A stretch of DNA of 57,987 bases, filler included, from Sphacelaria rigidula (GCA_964200075.2; 7 parts of 7 records of this genome joined end to end with filler, not necessarily neighbours in it), one strand, 5' to 3'. Numbered from the whole stretch's first letter, positions 13,101 through 25,024 are shown. Made by a program: numbers and translations. Notes: a model not told the origin generated them from the sequence alone.

Positions 13101-13704
13101 CCTTTGCGCTACTTCGCGTGGTCAGCTGACAGCACTACCCGATGCGTGATGAACGTCCGCACGAAGAAGAACTCACCTCTGAAAGGAGCAGTACAGAGGC
13201 ACATCATTCGCGTTACAGATTTTATGGCACTCCAGAATATCGTCAACTGAGGCGGCCACTGGCTTCTCCACAGCCACACCCTGTTGACCGTAAAAACAAT
13301 GGAGAAGACAACACGTACACAACAGAGTAAGTTTTGAAGCAACATGTGCACAATAGAAGGAACCTTTGCGCTAGGAACTCCGAAATCGTACATGGTAGTA
13401 TCGAGGTGATGTGGAAGCATTTGTCGTAGCGGCTTGCTACACCCATCAACACCTCTACTATATTTCCCTTCGCGTTCGTGTTTTACACGAGACAATCTGG
13501 GAATTGTGCTATGTGGAGAGACAGCAAGAAGTCGCCAAGCACATTGTATATGCGGTGCAAGTTGTCTTCTGCAAGTCTCGTGGGTATACACTACATACCT
13601 TCCCAGCTTCTGCAGCGAGGCGAATGCACTCCTTGTGGTGCGGTGTCGGACCAGCAACCCAAACAGCGTCGCACAATGGGTCGGTGACGGCATCCTTCAG
13701 AGAC
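10199..13704 (-). CDS. Gfo/Idh/MocA-family NAD(P)-dependent oxidoreductase, myo-inositol 2-dehydrogenase-like; 5'-partial, 7 exons
   Basis: Phase-consistent GT-AG exons 13704-13599, 13280-13177, 12753-12630, 12065-11985, 11479-11330, 10843-10721, 10384-10199 (stop). They translate to SLKDAVTDPLCDAVWVAGPTPHHKECIRLAAEAGK|GVAVEKPV...CSFQR|RTDHTY...FRDHPVPSIEFLKQ|GGDIFHDLGPHDIDY...|...SAYGYDNRIE|VMGEAG...SFPQRFRK|AYADEVVAF. The EKP, FQRR, GGxFxDxxxHDxD and YGYDxRxE motifs are typical of IolG-like enzymes. The GxGxxG exon was not found. Confidence 0.93.
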
Positions 13705-13964
13705 CTGCGGGATGGGTAAACGAAAACGGTCTCCCGTGAGCGAGTCGGGTTGAGGCAAGACGGTACAACAGCATCATACTGGCGGCAAAATTCTTGCCGA
13801 AGAAGCTCGGCGTCTTTCTACGGACGAAACCCCGGAGCAGGCGGAAGGAAGGATAAAGAAACAGGCTTTGGCTATCTCTTCACAAAATATTTTGCAAACG
13901 GTATGCGAAGCATCTTGGGACAGGGTGCCAACTCCCTCACTGCAAGGGCCAGAACTTCTTCCAA

Positions 13965-14245
13965 GACTCCAAGGGTAGAGCAAATAAATGAATCGTCTGG
14001 AAATGACTTGGTTTCAGTGTAATTGATTCGAATCGTTCGAATCAATTCCCAGGCTTTGTTGTCAGCGTTGCAACCCAGGTACACGCAGCCCAGGGACGTG
14101 GAATGGCGCGAAAGTTGCGTGGATAACCCTCGAGCCAGCGGCCAACTTTTTTCTCCCTTTTGGGCAATCAGGCTGAAGAAATCGTGGATTAGGTGGTTCG
14201 AACCCGTGACGATTCGTCCTAACCGTGCGAGACTCGGCCCCCGAA
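13965..14245 (-). mobile_element. tRNA-derived SINE-like family 2, copy 1
   Basis: B-box-like gggttcgaacc on the minus strand at ~14195-14205. The body matches 47985-48262; 3' fragments lie at 16414-16498 and 41493-41551. Confidence 0.7.
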
Positions 14246-16413
14246 TCACGACGGGATGGACGAGCTACTTCTTCAACTGCATGCGACGCGGGGAAATCCC
14301 CCTCAAGAGATGGACATATCTGCTTCGAAACTCCAACAACGACTACAAAAAACTACATGGAAAATAGCAGCAGCAGAAATCAAGGCAGATCGACAGACCC
14401 ACACGGGGAAGATCCGCTCTCTGGTCCTTCCCGCGCTGGGTTGCCTGCCAGATTGACACACTCCTAGCCACTAGCATCGTCGAGTTACTCCGGTCCCCTA
14501 AACGCACGTGAAGTGTCAAGCCAAAGTGACACGACGGCTGCGTCAGCGACAAACACACATATGTAATTGGCTGCCAGGGCCGCCAATGGTGATCAGTAAC
14601 GTCAAGATGTATACCGGGACGTTTAGCTTATCCCGTCCGATTCCAAAATTTAAATGAGATTATCACCACGACGGAAGAGGTGAACGTTGAAGCCAACAAC
14701 TGCCGACAACAAGCAAGGGCATAGTCGGTCCGTGACAACATCGAGTACCATGAGGTCATCAATATGACAGCAGTGGAATCTGTTACTTTAAACCTTTTGG
14801 TACTGGCAATGGAGAAGTGTGGATTTCGAGGAGCTATTTTTGTAAAGGCATATGGTTGAGTGTTAACAGGTTTCACATAAAAGTATTCGTCCAATCCGTG
14901 TTTTCAGACCCGTAAAAAAATGTGTCCGAGTGCCGCACGGGACTCCGTATATTGAAATTAGACAGGTGGTGCCGATTCTTGTTTGCATAGGGTTCGAGAG
15001 ATCGGACTGATGTGTGGAAATAATAAAAATAATAAGACTACAGGCAAGCAACTGCTGATTTTCGCTGTGTGGACAAACTTGAATAAACTTGACCCGTTGG
15101 GTCCCTCACTTAACAAAACTCATCTGACAGCACCGGGGTGACATTTTTGATGCGCGCATGACGTATGCTGATGGATTCTTCTGTGGCCTCCCGCCGTGAA
15201 AGTGGTTGCCGTCGGTCTTTTTTGTTCCCATATTTTCTTCCTCGTCAGGACTCGAAATAATTAGGCGTCTGGCCCGCGGACGGAAGGGGAGGTTTCCCCA
15301 AGGGTTGAGAGCATTTGTGGTCCAGATTTGTGTATCGATGGAGTTCGAAAAATTCAATTGTAAATTGAAGGGCGACAAAAATCTGGGTGTGTCGTCCTGG
15401 GCTGTGGTTGGTTGTCACAGCCTGCACCCCCCTGCGAGGCGTACGGCGCAAAATGGCTACTTTGCTCTGTTTTTGTCCCAAGTGGGGGTTCGCTCCCTAC
15501 ATCACCTCGACTGACTCGTCTACACTCTGGGAGGATTCCAGCGCACTTTGCCGACACCTCGTGCACGCAGTTTACTTTAGAGACGAATCAGGATTATTTC
15601 GTACAATTCCCTTAATCCTTCGACTTCTTCGACTTCTTCATCAGTTGTTTGTTGCAGAAGCAAACTTGAATTTTCTCTGATTCATCACAAGAAAGGTATT
15701 AATTCTACCTCAAGTCAACGTGCGCCTAATAAAAATCGGCAAAGCGCGACGGTATGCACTGAAAATTTCGAGTGAGTCATTCCAAGGTGTTGAAATTCAC
15801 CTGGCTCACCAGTCTTGCGCCAATATATATACATAAATCAGCACAGAATCTGACTTTTTCTTCACCCCGATGCGCACTGCTGCAACGCGCAAACCCAGAT
15901 TCAGCGACATGAGGTTGTTGGCTGTGGCCCATATGGCATGTGGTCGGAGTATTAGCGCTTTGCAGCGCCTACAGCGTGCGTACGGCCGTATATCCCGAAC
16001 TGAGCACCTCCACAGGTGATACGCCGACGAGTTTTGTACAGATTGCCATTATCCAGAGGGTGTCCCAGTACATATTGATGTTTGTTTGCCAGCGCAGCGG
16101 CCACTCAGCTGCTCACGGTGTGGAATTGAGTGCACCAGCGTGTGCGTATATGCACTCGCCCACGGTGCACGAAGTCTGGGCTGCGGTAAAGCTGTTTAGA
16201 GGGGGGCTTTGCCCAAACTCACTGATCGCTATGTTCTTGTTTATGCGCAGCCCGAACGTGCCGCCGATTGGTACACATGCCACCTGTGCTGTGCCCGACT
16301 AGCGCGTCAAGTTTCACGGCGGATAATCCAGCCACGATGAAGTAGTCCAGAATTGAACTCTCTGATCAAGGGTGCACTGATTTTCGAATGCAGGCCAAAT
16401 GCGGGCATTTACA

Positions 16414-16498
16414 TTTCAAGGGTCGGACAAATAAATGATTCGTCTGTAAAATACTTGGTTTTAGTATGATGAGTCAACTCGTGACGAATCAATCCCTA
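16414..16498 (-). repeat. SINE-like family 2, 3' fragment cut by a gap
   Basis: tcaagggtcggacaaataaatgattcgtctgtaaaatacttggttttagt matches copies 1 and 2. Confidence 0.75.
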
Positions 16499-16598
16499 NN
16501 NNNNNNNNNNNNNNNNNNNNNNNNNNNNNNNNNNNNNNNNNNTTAATTAATTAANNNNNNNNNNNNNNNNNNNNNNNNNNNNNNNNNNNNNNNNNNNN
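16499..16598. other. Assembly gap with artificial linker
   Basis: 100-bp N block with TTAATTAATTAA. Confidence 0.97.
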
Positions 16599-17136
16599 CC
16601 GAAGATCGGTCAAGCCCGTTAGTCACTCATGGTTGATCGCAGATGATTCTTCTTTCGATACTTGTTAAGAGGATTCAAATATCTCCGGATGCCCATCTTT
16701 TGGCATCCAACAGTTACTATGATGAGCGGTGGCAAGCTAAACAAATTTGGACAATTTTTGAGAAACTAAGAAATTACGGATTCTACATACTTCTGACGCT
16801 GACCACTGTACTTGATCGCGAAAGGCGTGCCAAAAGGCCGCAGAAGCCGCAGTGGCACATGAGCGTCGATCCTTTGCAAGAGGAGGGCGAAGGTTGCGAA
16901 GGCATGTTTCACGCGCGGACTGCTGATACAGAGGAGGGTGATGATCAGATGCCGGGACACATTTTTTGCCCGAGTGATGAGGGAGGCCGCCGTTACATCT
17001 ATTCCGGTGTCACGTTTTCATCAATTTCTTCTTCAGCCACAAATCAGACTGAGAGCACCGACAATGGCCAGGTGGGCTGCTAGGGTGCTCGCAAGTATAA
17101 CAGCAAGTCATTCCGAGGTCGCACTACCAAACCGGT

Positions 17137-17497
17137 CGCCCCGGTGGCTCACTTGGTAACCTCGTAACCTTCTGATGGTTGACTCATGATGTTCAATTCC
17201 CGGAGCGATCTGGGATTTTTTCTTACACCATACCCAACGGTGGAGAGCGACGATGTCGTGGGTACACACAATTCTACTCGACGGTCGACGAGGAAAAAGG
17301 ACTGCTGAACCCCTCTCGCGATAAAAAATAAAGGCAAGCATCGCAGGAGGAAAGTGGGGTACGAAAAACAAATGAAAAATAAGTAAAAAGCTCCTGTGTT
17401 GACCTTCCTCCTGTGTGACCCCTGCTGATGCGCCCACATGTCCCGAAAGGGGTAGACTGGCGCCCAGAATAAATGGGACGACCACACACAACACACT
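17137..17497 (+). mobile_element. tRNA-derived SINE-like family 1, copy 1
   Basis: A-box tggctcacttgg (17145-17156), B-box-like gttcaattcc (17191-17200), ~360 bp with a CA-rich tail. Colinear homology with 56866-57219. Confidence 0.78.
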
Positions 17498-18155
17498 ATG
17501 CGCCTCGCCGGAAGCTCACGAGGTACCTCACCACTACTTATCATTCGTGCACTAGCCCGGAAAATAAGCTAGCTCATTTAGCCTTCCTCTTTTTTTTCTT
17601 CATATTCGTTCGCTACAGTGCTGGACGAACAGGCGGAGTAACACAAAAGAAGCGCCTTGGCGTCTCGAACTCCGCTGCCACGCACTGTGTTCTTGGGTCA
17701 CGGATCTGGGAGTCGTTTTCAATCAGTTGTTCGAGGTAAGGAACTGGGCGCCTGACAGTTCATATCGGCAGTTTCTTCGTAATTGGCGATTTTGTTAGGT
17801 TCTTCCGCTCGCCACCGCTCATCACATCGAGGCTTTAAAGAAACTAGTATCCGCTCCACATTCCAAGAACAAGAGATCATGTGTACTCAATATTGAGGGA
17901 CTTCCGGGCTGATCGGTCATCGGGGGTCCTACCGCGTTTCAGCCCAGATTCTGACTCTTCGGTGTTTTCGGTCGATCGAACCTGTCCCGATAGTATTTGT
18001 TAGAAATGTAGGCAATTGTTTCTTCTTTTAATTCTACTCACCAATTGCACGAAAGCCGAATCATCGTGTTTTACGGTCAATAGCACCCTCCTGATGAACA
18101 GGGTATCTACTCGTATCGCCCCATAACACCAAGTAATACTAACTTGGGCACTGGG

Positions 18156-18262
18156 TAGAGGGGGGGGGGGGCTACTCATCTGTTGCTTGCCTTAGTCGTT
18201 TGACCATTGACCACGCATCCCTTTCGAGACGGAGCACCGTTCCTACTCTTAACAGAGACACC
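18156..18262 (-). mobile_element. Poly(G/C)-anchored short repeat family D, copy with an 11-bp flanking direct repeat
   Basis: G-run followed by ctactcatctgttgcttgcct...cgagacggagcaccgttcctactc...agagacacc. Flanked by tgggcactggg at 18145-18155 and 18263-18273. Confidence 0.8.
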
Positions 18263-19292
18263 TGGGCACTGGGGGGACGACGACGATTTGTTAATTTCAC
18301 CAAAATTTACCGATGCTCGCACTTTCGAGTTCCATCGGAGAGTAGTCGCAAGATAGGAGCCTTCTGAACAATAGATAGTTCAGGTCCCGGTACTGGAGCT
18401 CATAAGCTCTCCGACGTGTGCAACATTTGCATTCCGAGCCCACAATCGGTCAAAGTATGTATGCACCGTAACGCTTCGAGGGTATCCCCATGAAGGTCTA
18501 CAACCGCCCCAGTATTAACGATAGAGTGCGGCAAGTACTGGTAGCATTCTGCAATTACGCGCGTGCTAAATATGCACAAGATCGATCGTGGGTAGACCGC
18601 CGACTGGGTGCGTTTTGAAACATAATTTCGTCCTAAGAATCTGTAAAGGTCTCAAGATGGCTTCTGCAAGGCCAACTTCGGAGACGTTCGGCGCGTTCTT
18701 TTTCCAGCAGTTTTACTGGGGGCCTTGTGCTTCTGAAATTGATGTTAACAGCATGGCTACCTGCAGCACCAACCGACGCGATGGGTACAGTGTGTGCGCC
18801 TACTCGACGGGATATGCCACATCGCGGGCATCATTGCTGATATCTGAGCCACTGTGATGCTGAGTGCGGCCCTCGCATCTACATGTGTTCGTGCGCGTTG
18901 CCAGCACCTTCGAAAGTGCTTGATGCATACAACAGTACACCGAAAGTCCTGATTGATGCATGTCATTCACATGCCATGTATGGCAAGTACATCGGTGAAA
19001 ACATGACTGGAAGTGGAAACCGTCAGCCATCCAGTAATGCCCGTTAACCGAAGCTGACCAGCTACCTTGACAGCGTTTCTCGAAGCACATGCGTTCAGCT
19101 TTCACAGGGTTTGAGAAGTGTATTTTTACCCCACGAACACAACGATATTGACAAACGGCACCGTGTATGCACATGTACTGAAATGGTTTGCATGAAGGCC
19201 CATCTGGTGGCGGTTGCACGGGGGATGGAGAAGACAAAATGATGGCTGCACGCATAGAAAACAACCGAGCGATACCGTGACCCTCCGAAACA

Positions 19293-20039
19293 TTATCCAC
19301 ACTAGAAAGAAAAAAACACGACACGGAATCAGAAAAGCATCCATCCATTCCGGAAAAGCAGACACACATGAACGAGAGAGGTACCGCCCACGCGTAGATG
19401 CATACATACCTCGTCAACAACATCTTCGATCAGATCATCTCCGTTGCCATCATCTTCGCCCTGGCCTCCCTTCCTGCTCCTCTTCGCCGGAGGAGGCGAC
19501 CTGGATCTCGACCTTCTATCTTCATCATCACGACGCCCCCCCCTCTTCCGTCCACCAGCCCCCCCGCCGCCGCTGCGACTCCTGGACCTAGAAGCGATAT
19601 GATCGCGGCCACCTCGTCCCCCGCCGCTCCTGCTCCTACTTCTAGATCGGCTAGTACTGCGCACCGACGACCGCTTGTCACGGCCGCCTCCACCCCCACC
19701 TCCGCCACCACCGCGGGGTGATCCACGAGGACTGCGGGAGCGCGAACGCACCCTGCCTAGGTCAGCATCACCATTGCCGCCTCCCCGGTCGATGCCGCGG
19801 TTGGTACCGCGATCGCGGGGGGATGGAGACCGGCGGCGAGAAGGGGCGGGGTCCCGATAGTCTGCTGCTCTGCTTCCTCTCTCGCGGCTGTCTACCCTCG
19901 AGTCTCGGCCGTCTCGACCATCTCGACCGCCGCCGCGGCTCGAGCTGTAGTCGCGTCCGTTGGTGCGGCTGCTGTTTCTGTCTCTGCTGTCTCGGCGACC
20001 AGCGGGGCTGCGACTCCTGCTGTCCCTGCGGCGGTAGTC

Positions 20040-20108
<69 letters not shown>

Positions 20109-22204
20109 AATGAACGTTCGACTTGTACGACCACATTTGAAAAAAAGACAAATAGGGCTAAACAATCCACGCACTCCAGAGTACATATTACTTTCTCCAG
20201 GTCGAAACGCCAGGGACCGTGGATAACATTATGTGTTGTAGGCGGTCGATTCCCCTAGTTCCCTTAGAGCACGGTACTACTCGGTACTGAAACAAATAAC
20301 CTAGCTCCCTATTGGAATGAACGTATCAAACCCCACCTCTCGCGACTACGGCTTCGTCTGGGTCGATAATCACGACTGTCCCTGTATCCATCCCTGCCCC
20401 CTCCTCCTCCGTAGCCACCGCCATACCCGCCCCCTCCTCCTCCTCCGTAGCCGCCGCCATACCCCCCCATCCCGCCTCCATACCCTCCGCCGCCGCCATA
20501 CCCGCCCCCTCCACCCCTATACCCACCGCCTCCATAGCCAGGAGCACCACGGGCACCACCGCGGCCCATTCTTCCTCCCTCCCTGCGCCCCTTGCCCCTG
20601 TGAACAAATACAGCATTGACGCGAAATACGCGAGGGGGGGGGGAGGTTGCGCACGTTCACCCTTAGATTGCTTTGCATTCTTGAATCTCAGCTGTAGGTG
20701 CCACAGGTGATTCCAAATTAGGTCAACCTACCGAGATCATGTGAAAAAATGAAAAAATGAAAAAATGAAGTGTTTTGGTCGGACAAAACGAACGATTCAA
20801 GGAACAACGACCACGGAGCAGGTGGTAAGGTGTCGATAGAGGTGGTGTTCGTCAACAGAGAGAAGCTGCTCAGCTACAGCGCCGGTGTTACCGGCGTTGA
20901 AGATTGGCTAAGAAAGTGTTGTTTCGTCTGGCCCCCGCGGCATTGACATCGAGTCACAGACATCTGCATTGGCACATACGCGTGACCTCAATAAATGATG
21001 ACCATCAATTCGCACCCAGAGACTACAGTAAACACCTTCTAATTTGTACGAAAGTGGCGTAGATGTCATGAGAAGTCCAAGACAAACAGCCTTACATGTA
21101 TGTACCACAACCTCATTCTCGATTAGGCGACTTCTCTCTCTCGTTGACCCCTATTCGACACACACGGTTCAACTTTTCAGGAAAACATGTGCCTGGGGTG
21201 AAGAAGGGCAACGCCCGTGGGTGCACATGCCTTCAAATCACCCCCGACGTTCACCGTGCGCCTTGCACGTTCACGTGCTATTCCGACAACTACTGTTGCT
21301 GTTGCTGTTGTATAATAAGCATAGCAAGCGTGGTTTGCAGTCTGCGCACGATATTCAAACGGGATACGGCTACACAACCCAATGAACAAATCTCAACGTC
21401 GTTAGTGTTCGGCTAGTATGGGTGAACGCGTGAAGGCTTAGAATTGTGATCCGACGGCATACTTTCAAAACTCTCAGGCTAGAAAAAGCGATGTTCTACG
21501 CCGAGGCTACTCACTGCAAAAACAGACAACTTTCGGAGACATGGCGATAGATTATCTACCCGAAATAAGGATCGCCATTGAGGCAAGTGGGATGGTGTGC
21601 CGAAATTTCAAACAACACCGCGAGTGGTCCCTCCGTTCGGTACGCAAACGAAACCACACGTGATCAATCGAAATACACAGTGGGTATGCTCATCAAAGGT
21701 GATGACCCGCTTGTGAACCGGGCGGCAAAACGTGAAAGCATCACATGACCATCTATCTCCGCGCCGGGCACAAGTCTCACGTGAAACATGGATACGTGAA
21801 AATGACGGACAACGCCGCCCGTGTGCAGAGCCTAGGATGAAAGGATCCCTCCGCGTCATGGTCAACAATGGCTCTCACCCTAGGCTTCACGTGGGTATCT
21901 TTACGTACGTATACAGGCCTGCTCTTCCCCTCTTCGCTCTTGGTGCACCATGTAGTAACAGAAGTTGGCACATCTGCCGACGTGGACAATCATGACCGAG
22001 TAGCATTTACTATACGAGCATGATAACAATTTAACAGAGGACGTCGTGAGCGTTTTAGGACTTCATGGGGTGGGGGGGGTGCTGTAGGTAAGTACCTGCG
22101 TGCGATTTCCACCGAGATTGGTAGGTTCTCCATCACGTAGCCGTTCAATCCGGCCACACAAGAGTCTGCCATTTCTCTCGTCTGATAGTCACAGAAGGCA
22201 AATC
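19293..22204 (-). CDS. SR-like RNA-binding protein (RRM + Gly/Tyr-rich + RS domain); 5'-partial
   Basis: Exon 22204-22096 (GFAFCDYQTREMADSCVAGLNGYVMENLPISVEIAR, RNP1 and C-terminal half of the RRM), exon 20597-20337 (GGGYGGG repeats, RSRSRE), exon 20040-19410 (RSRSRSP-rich), and a probable terminal exon 19301-19293 (CG*, after a strong polypyrimidine tract). Intron phases match. Confidence 0.88.
20042..20108. repeat. (TG)n microsatellite, about 33 units
   Basis: Directly visible perfect dinucleotide run. Confidence 0.98.
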
Positions 22205-22764
22205 CTGTCGTTTTGTTGTTGCATGTTTTTCGGTGGGAACGGCGGTGGGAGGCGGATGGGGTAGGGTCGGGGGTGAGGGGGAGGAAGCGGAAGCCAAAGA
22301 AGCGAGAGCGCAAGGGAGAAGAAAAAAAAAAGCGAAAAAAACAACGGAAAAACGGGTGCGCATAAGAAAACAGAGGGCATGACGTATGTGGTGCCTTCGT
22401 GCACATCTTGGAACAAAGTCATGGTAGCTGTAGCTAGAGCTGTCCGTAACCAAACGGCAGCTTTCGCCATCATAAAACGGCAGCGTTGGCCGCCAGCAAT
22501 CAATGCCTCCGCAGTCTGCGACAAACGAGAGGCTACCGTATGAACTGCGGGGCAATGAGCCTCTGAATACCAACGCATCACCATGGCCCACCAGGGCGCG
22601 GGTTATCCCAGGACGTACCACTACTCTAAATGGAGTGGCTGAAGCGGCACATACGTTAGCTCTTGAAATAGTATGCAGCTCAAGCCTCCTAGAGACCAGC
22701 ACAGTCCATCGTCGCCATACGGTTGAATAAAATCCGGGATATCGAATCCAAGCACATCCAACGT

Positions 22765-23095
22765 AACAGTCGAAGAAGATGACGATACTCAGTCGGTTCA
22801 GTCCATGAAGAAGGTCCAACATACTGGTAGAGGTTGATGCAGAGATTTAGTCGAGGAAGACGTAGATATTCAGTCGATGAAGATCCAACATATTAATCTG
22901 GTCTATTCAGATTCACGGTCGATGAAGATCCGATTCAAGATGAGGTAGATCCAGATCATCAGATGTTGAAGATCCAATATCGAAGTAGAGGTAGATTAGT
23001 CCATACGCTCAGTCGAGGGAGATGCAGATATTCGGTTCGTGAAGATGCGGAATGTGAGTCGAGGAAGATCCAGAAGTTCGGTGATTGAAAGATGA
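22765..23095. repeat. Degenerate tandem repeat (agtcgaNgaagat...)
   Basis: Recurring cagtcga(a/g/t)gaagat / gaagatcca / agatattc motifs. Confidence 0.7.
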
Positions 23096-24042
23096 GAAGT
23101 CGTGAGAAAAGATGCGCACGGGGAAACTACGCGCCACCACGATGTGTCTGCTACCACTTTAGCTTCACTCGTTGTCGTGGACGCTGCTGCGGTATAATCG
23201 GGTTTCAGAAGATCGCTGGCCTGTTGTGTGGGTGTTTTCGCTTTTCGCTCTCAGCGATCTGTTCTGCTGACTTCCTCGGCTGTGAAGTGGTAGTTGAAGT
23301 TGGAGCGGCTACGCCTAGCATGGTACAGTATATCAGAAGTAAGAAGGTGTGATCCACAAAATCAAAACGGCGGCTACGCGGTGCACAAAACGCCCTCAGG
23401 TGTCCTGCGACCAAAAGATGCAAAGAGCGATGGGGGCGTGGGGGCGTGAGGGCAGGCATACCCAAAGCTTTGGAAAACATCTGCACGGGGAGGGGGGGGG
23501 TGAGTGCATTATTTCAACATGCTCGGTAGGGAGCAAGCTACGGTTACACATGATAGACCGGTAAAAGCGGTGAAGCCGATTATTTCAACGGGCAATCTGT
23601 ACGCGAGTCGCGGTATCCTTGAGGCGCATGCTTGTACCATGATGCTTTAAGAAAGAAGCACCGAACTTCCAATCTTGTGCATTACTGACCACAACTGCAT
23701 CTGCTTTCAGCGGCGAGGGCTAGGGGCATTTCTTGACAAAGGTCATGTACCGTATCATTGGGTATGTAGTGGGTGTGCTTGCAGTAGCTGGGTGATGTGA
23801 ACGACAAGCCCAGCCGCAACAGCTCGTGTCGGCAGGCGTCGTATGCGAACGTACGTGAGTACGATTGTGTAGCGGTTCTTGTAGTAGCAGCAGTGGAAGA
23901 AGTAGAAGTAGTTGAAGTAGTAGTAGGTGTGTGGCAGAAGTAGCGATGTTGTGTGCAGAGTTAAGCCAGGATCTAAGCACTGTCGTGATCGCTGCGCGCG
24001 TGTATATGTACACGAGGGGAGATGCCGGCTTCGCTGGTGGAG

Positions 24043-24084
<42 letters not shown>

Positions 24085-24796
24085 CCCCTGGTTCCCCCCC
24101 CCCCCCACAGCGGGGGGGGGGGGTTTTTTTTTCGGGCCGCCCNNNNNNNNNNGGGGTGTAGGGTGGGCCTGCCGTGGGCCCGGGCGGGGGGGCGGCAGCC
24201 GCGTGGCGGCGGCCGCTCGGCTTGATGGGATCACACCATGTGTCGCTCATCGCCATCACAGCGGACGCGACGGTATCTGTTTCAGGCTGACCCGGCCCGT
24301 CCTGCTCGTCACACAGGGTTGATGCAGATAGGCAGGGGATGAGATTAACAGGGAGTTGTGGTCGAGGGAGAAGGTGGTGCAGCACATACACGTCTCACCA
24401 GCTTCGCTGCTGTCGCTGGACGATGGTCGTGACGGGGGGCGAGGGGAAGGGGAAAGAGGAAAGGAATACAGGGGTTACAAGTAAACGTGCTGTAGTATGG
24501 AAAATTGATACTTGATTGCGCGACCACGGCTGGGTGATCGAGGCGTATCACTTCAAGTCAGAGAATGAATCGCTTCACCCCAACTCAGAGAATTAATCGA
24601 CCGAATCAATCAACTCTCGGCAGTCTTCACATAGTGTGCAGCTGGCCAACGTTTGTGGTGTGAATACCAACAACCAACATGGAAAAAACACTCAAGGGTA
24701 CAAGACAGGAGGTGGGGGGGGGGGGGGGGGGGGATGTGTGTTGTTCCCCCTCTGGCGGGTGGCCGCGAATACGCCCGATCCCCTTCGCCACGGAGC

Positions 24797-24896
24797 NNNN
24801 NNNNNNNNNNNNNNNNNNNNNNNNNNNNNNNNNNNNNNNNTTAATTAATTAANNNNNNNNNNNNNNNNNNNNNNNNNNNNNNNNNNNNNNNNNNNN
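24797..24896. other. Assembly gap with artificial linker
   Basis: 100-bp N block with TTAATTAATTAA. A separate 10-N gap lies at 24143-24152. Confidence 0.97.
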
Positions 24897-25024
24897 TTTC
24901 ATGGTCGGCGTTCTTCGAGCGCGATTGAGCGCGCGGTGGGGGTGGGCTGTGCCGCGCTATCGTAGAAAGCGTCGATCGCTCACTGATGCAATGAGTATAC
25001 TGTTCGCTTCCTGAACATGCAATG

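Noticed and set aside
17424..17452. ctgatg...gaaa in SINE family 1 as a hammerhead
   Set aside because: The core reads CUGAUGC/CUGAUGU rather than CUGANGA, and GAAA caps a hairpin instead of forming the core.
19718..20258. ORFs with CVCVCV or HTHTHT runs
   Set aside because: These are translations of the intronic microsatellite.
24040..24152. Poly-Pro/poly-Gly ORFs across G, C and T homopolymers
   Set aside because: Consecutive homopolymers next to an N gap look like degraded read quality.
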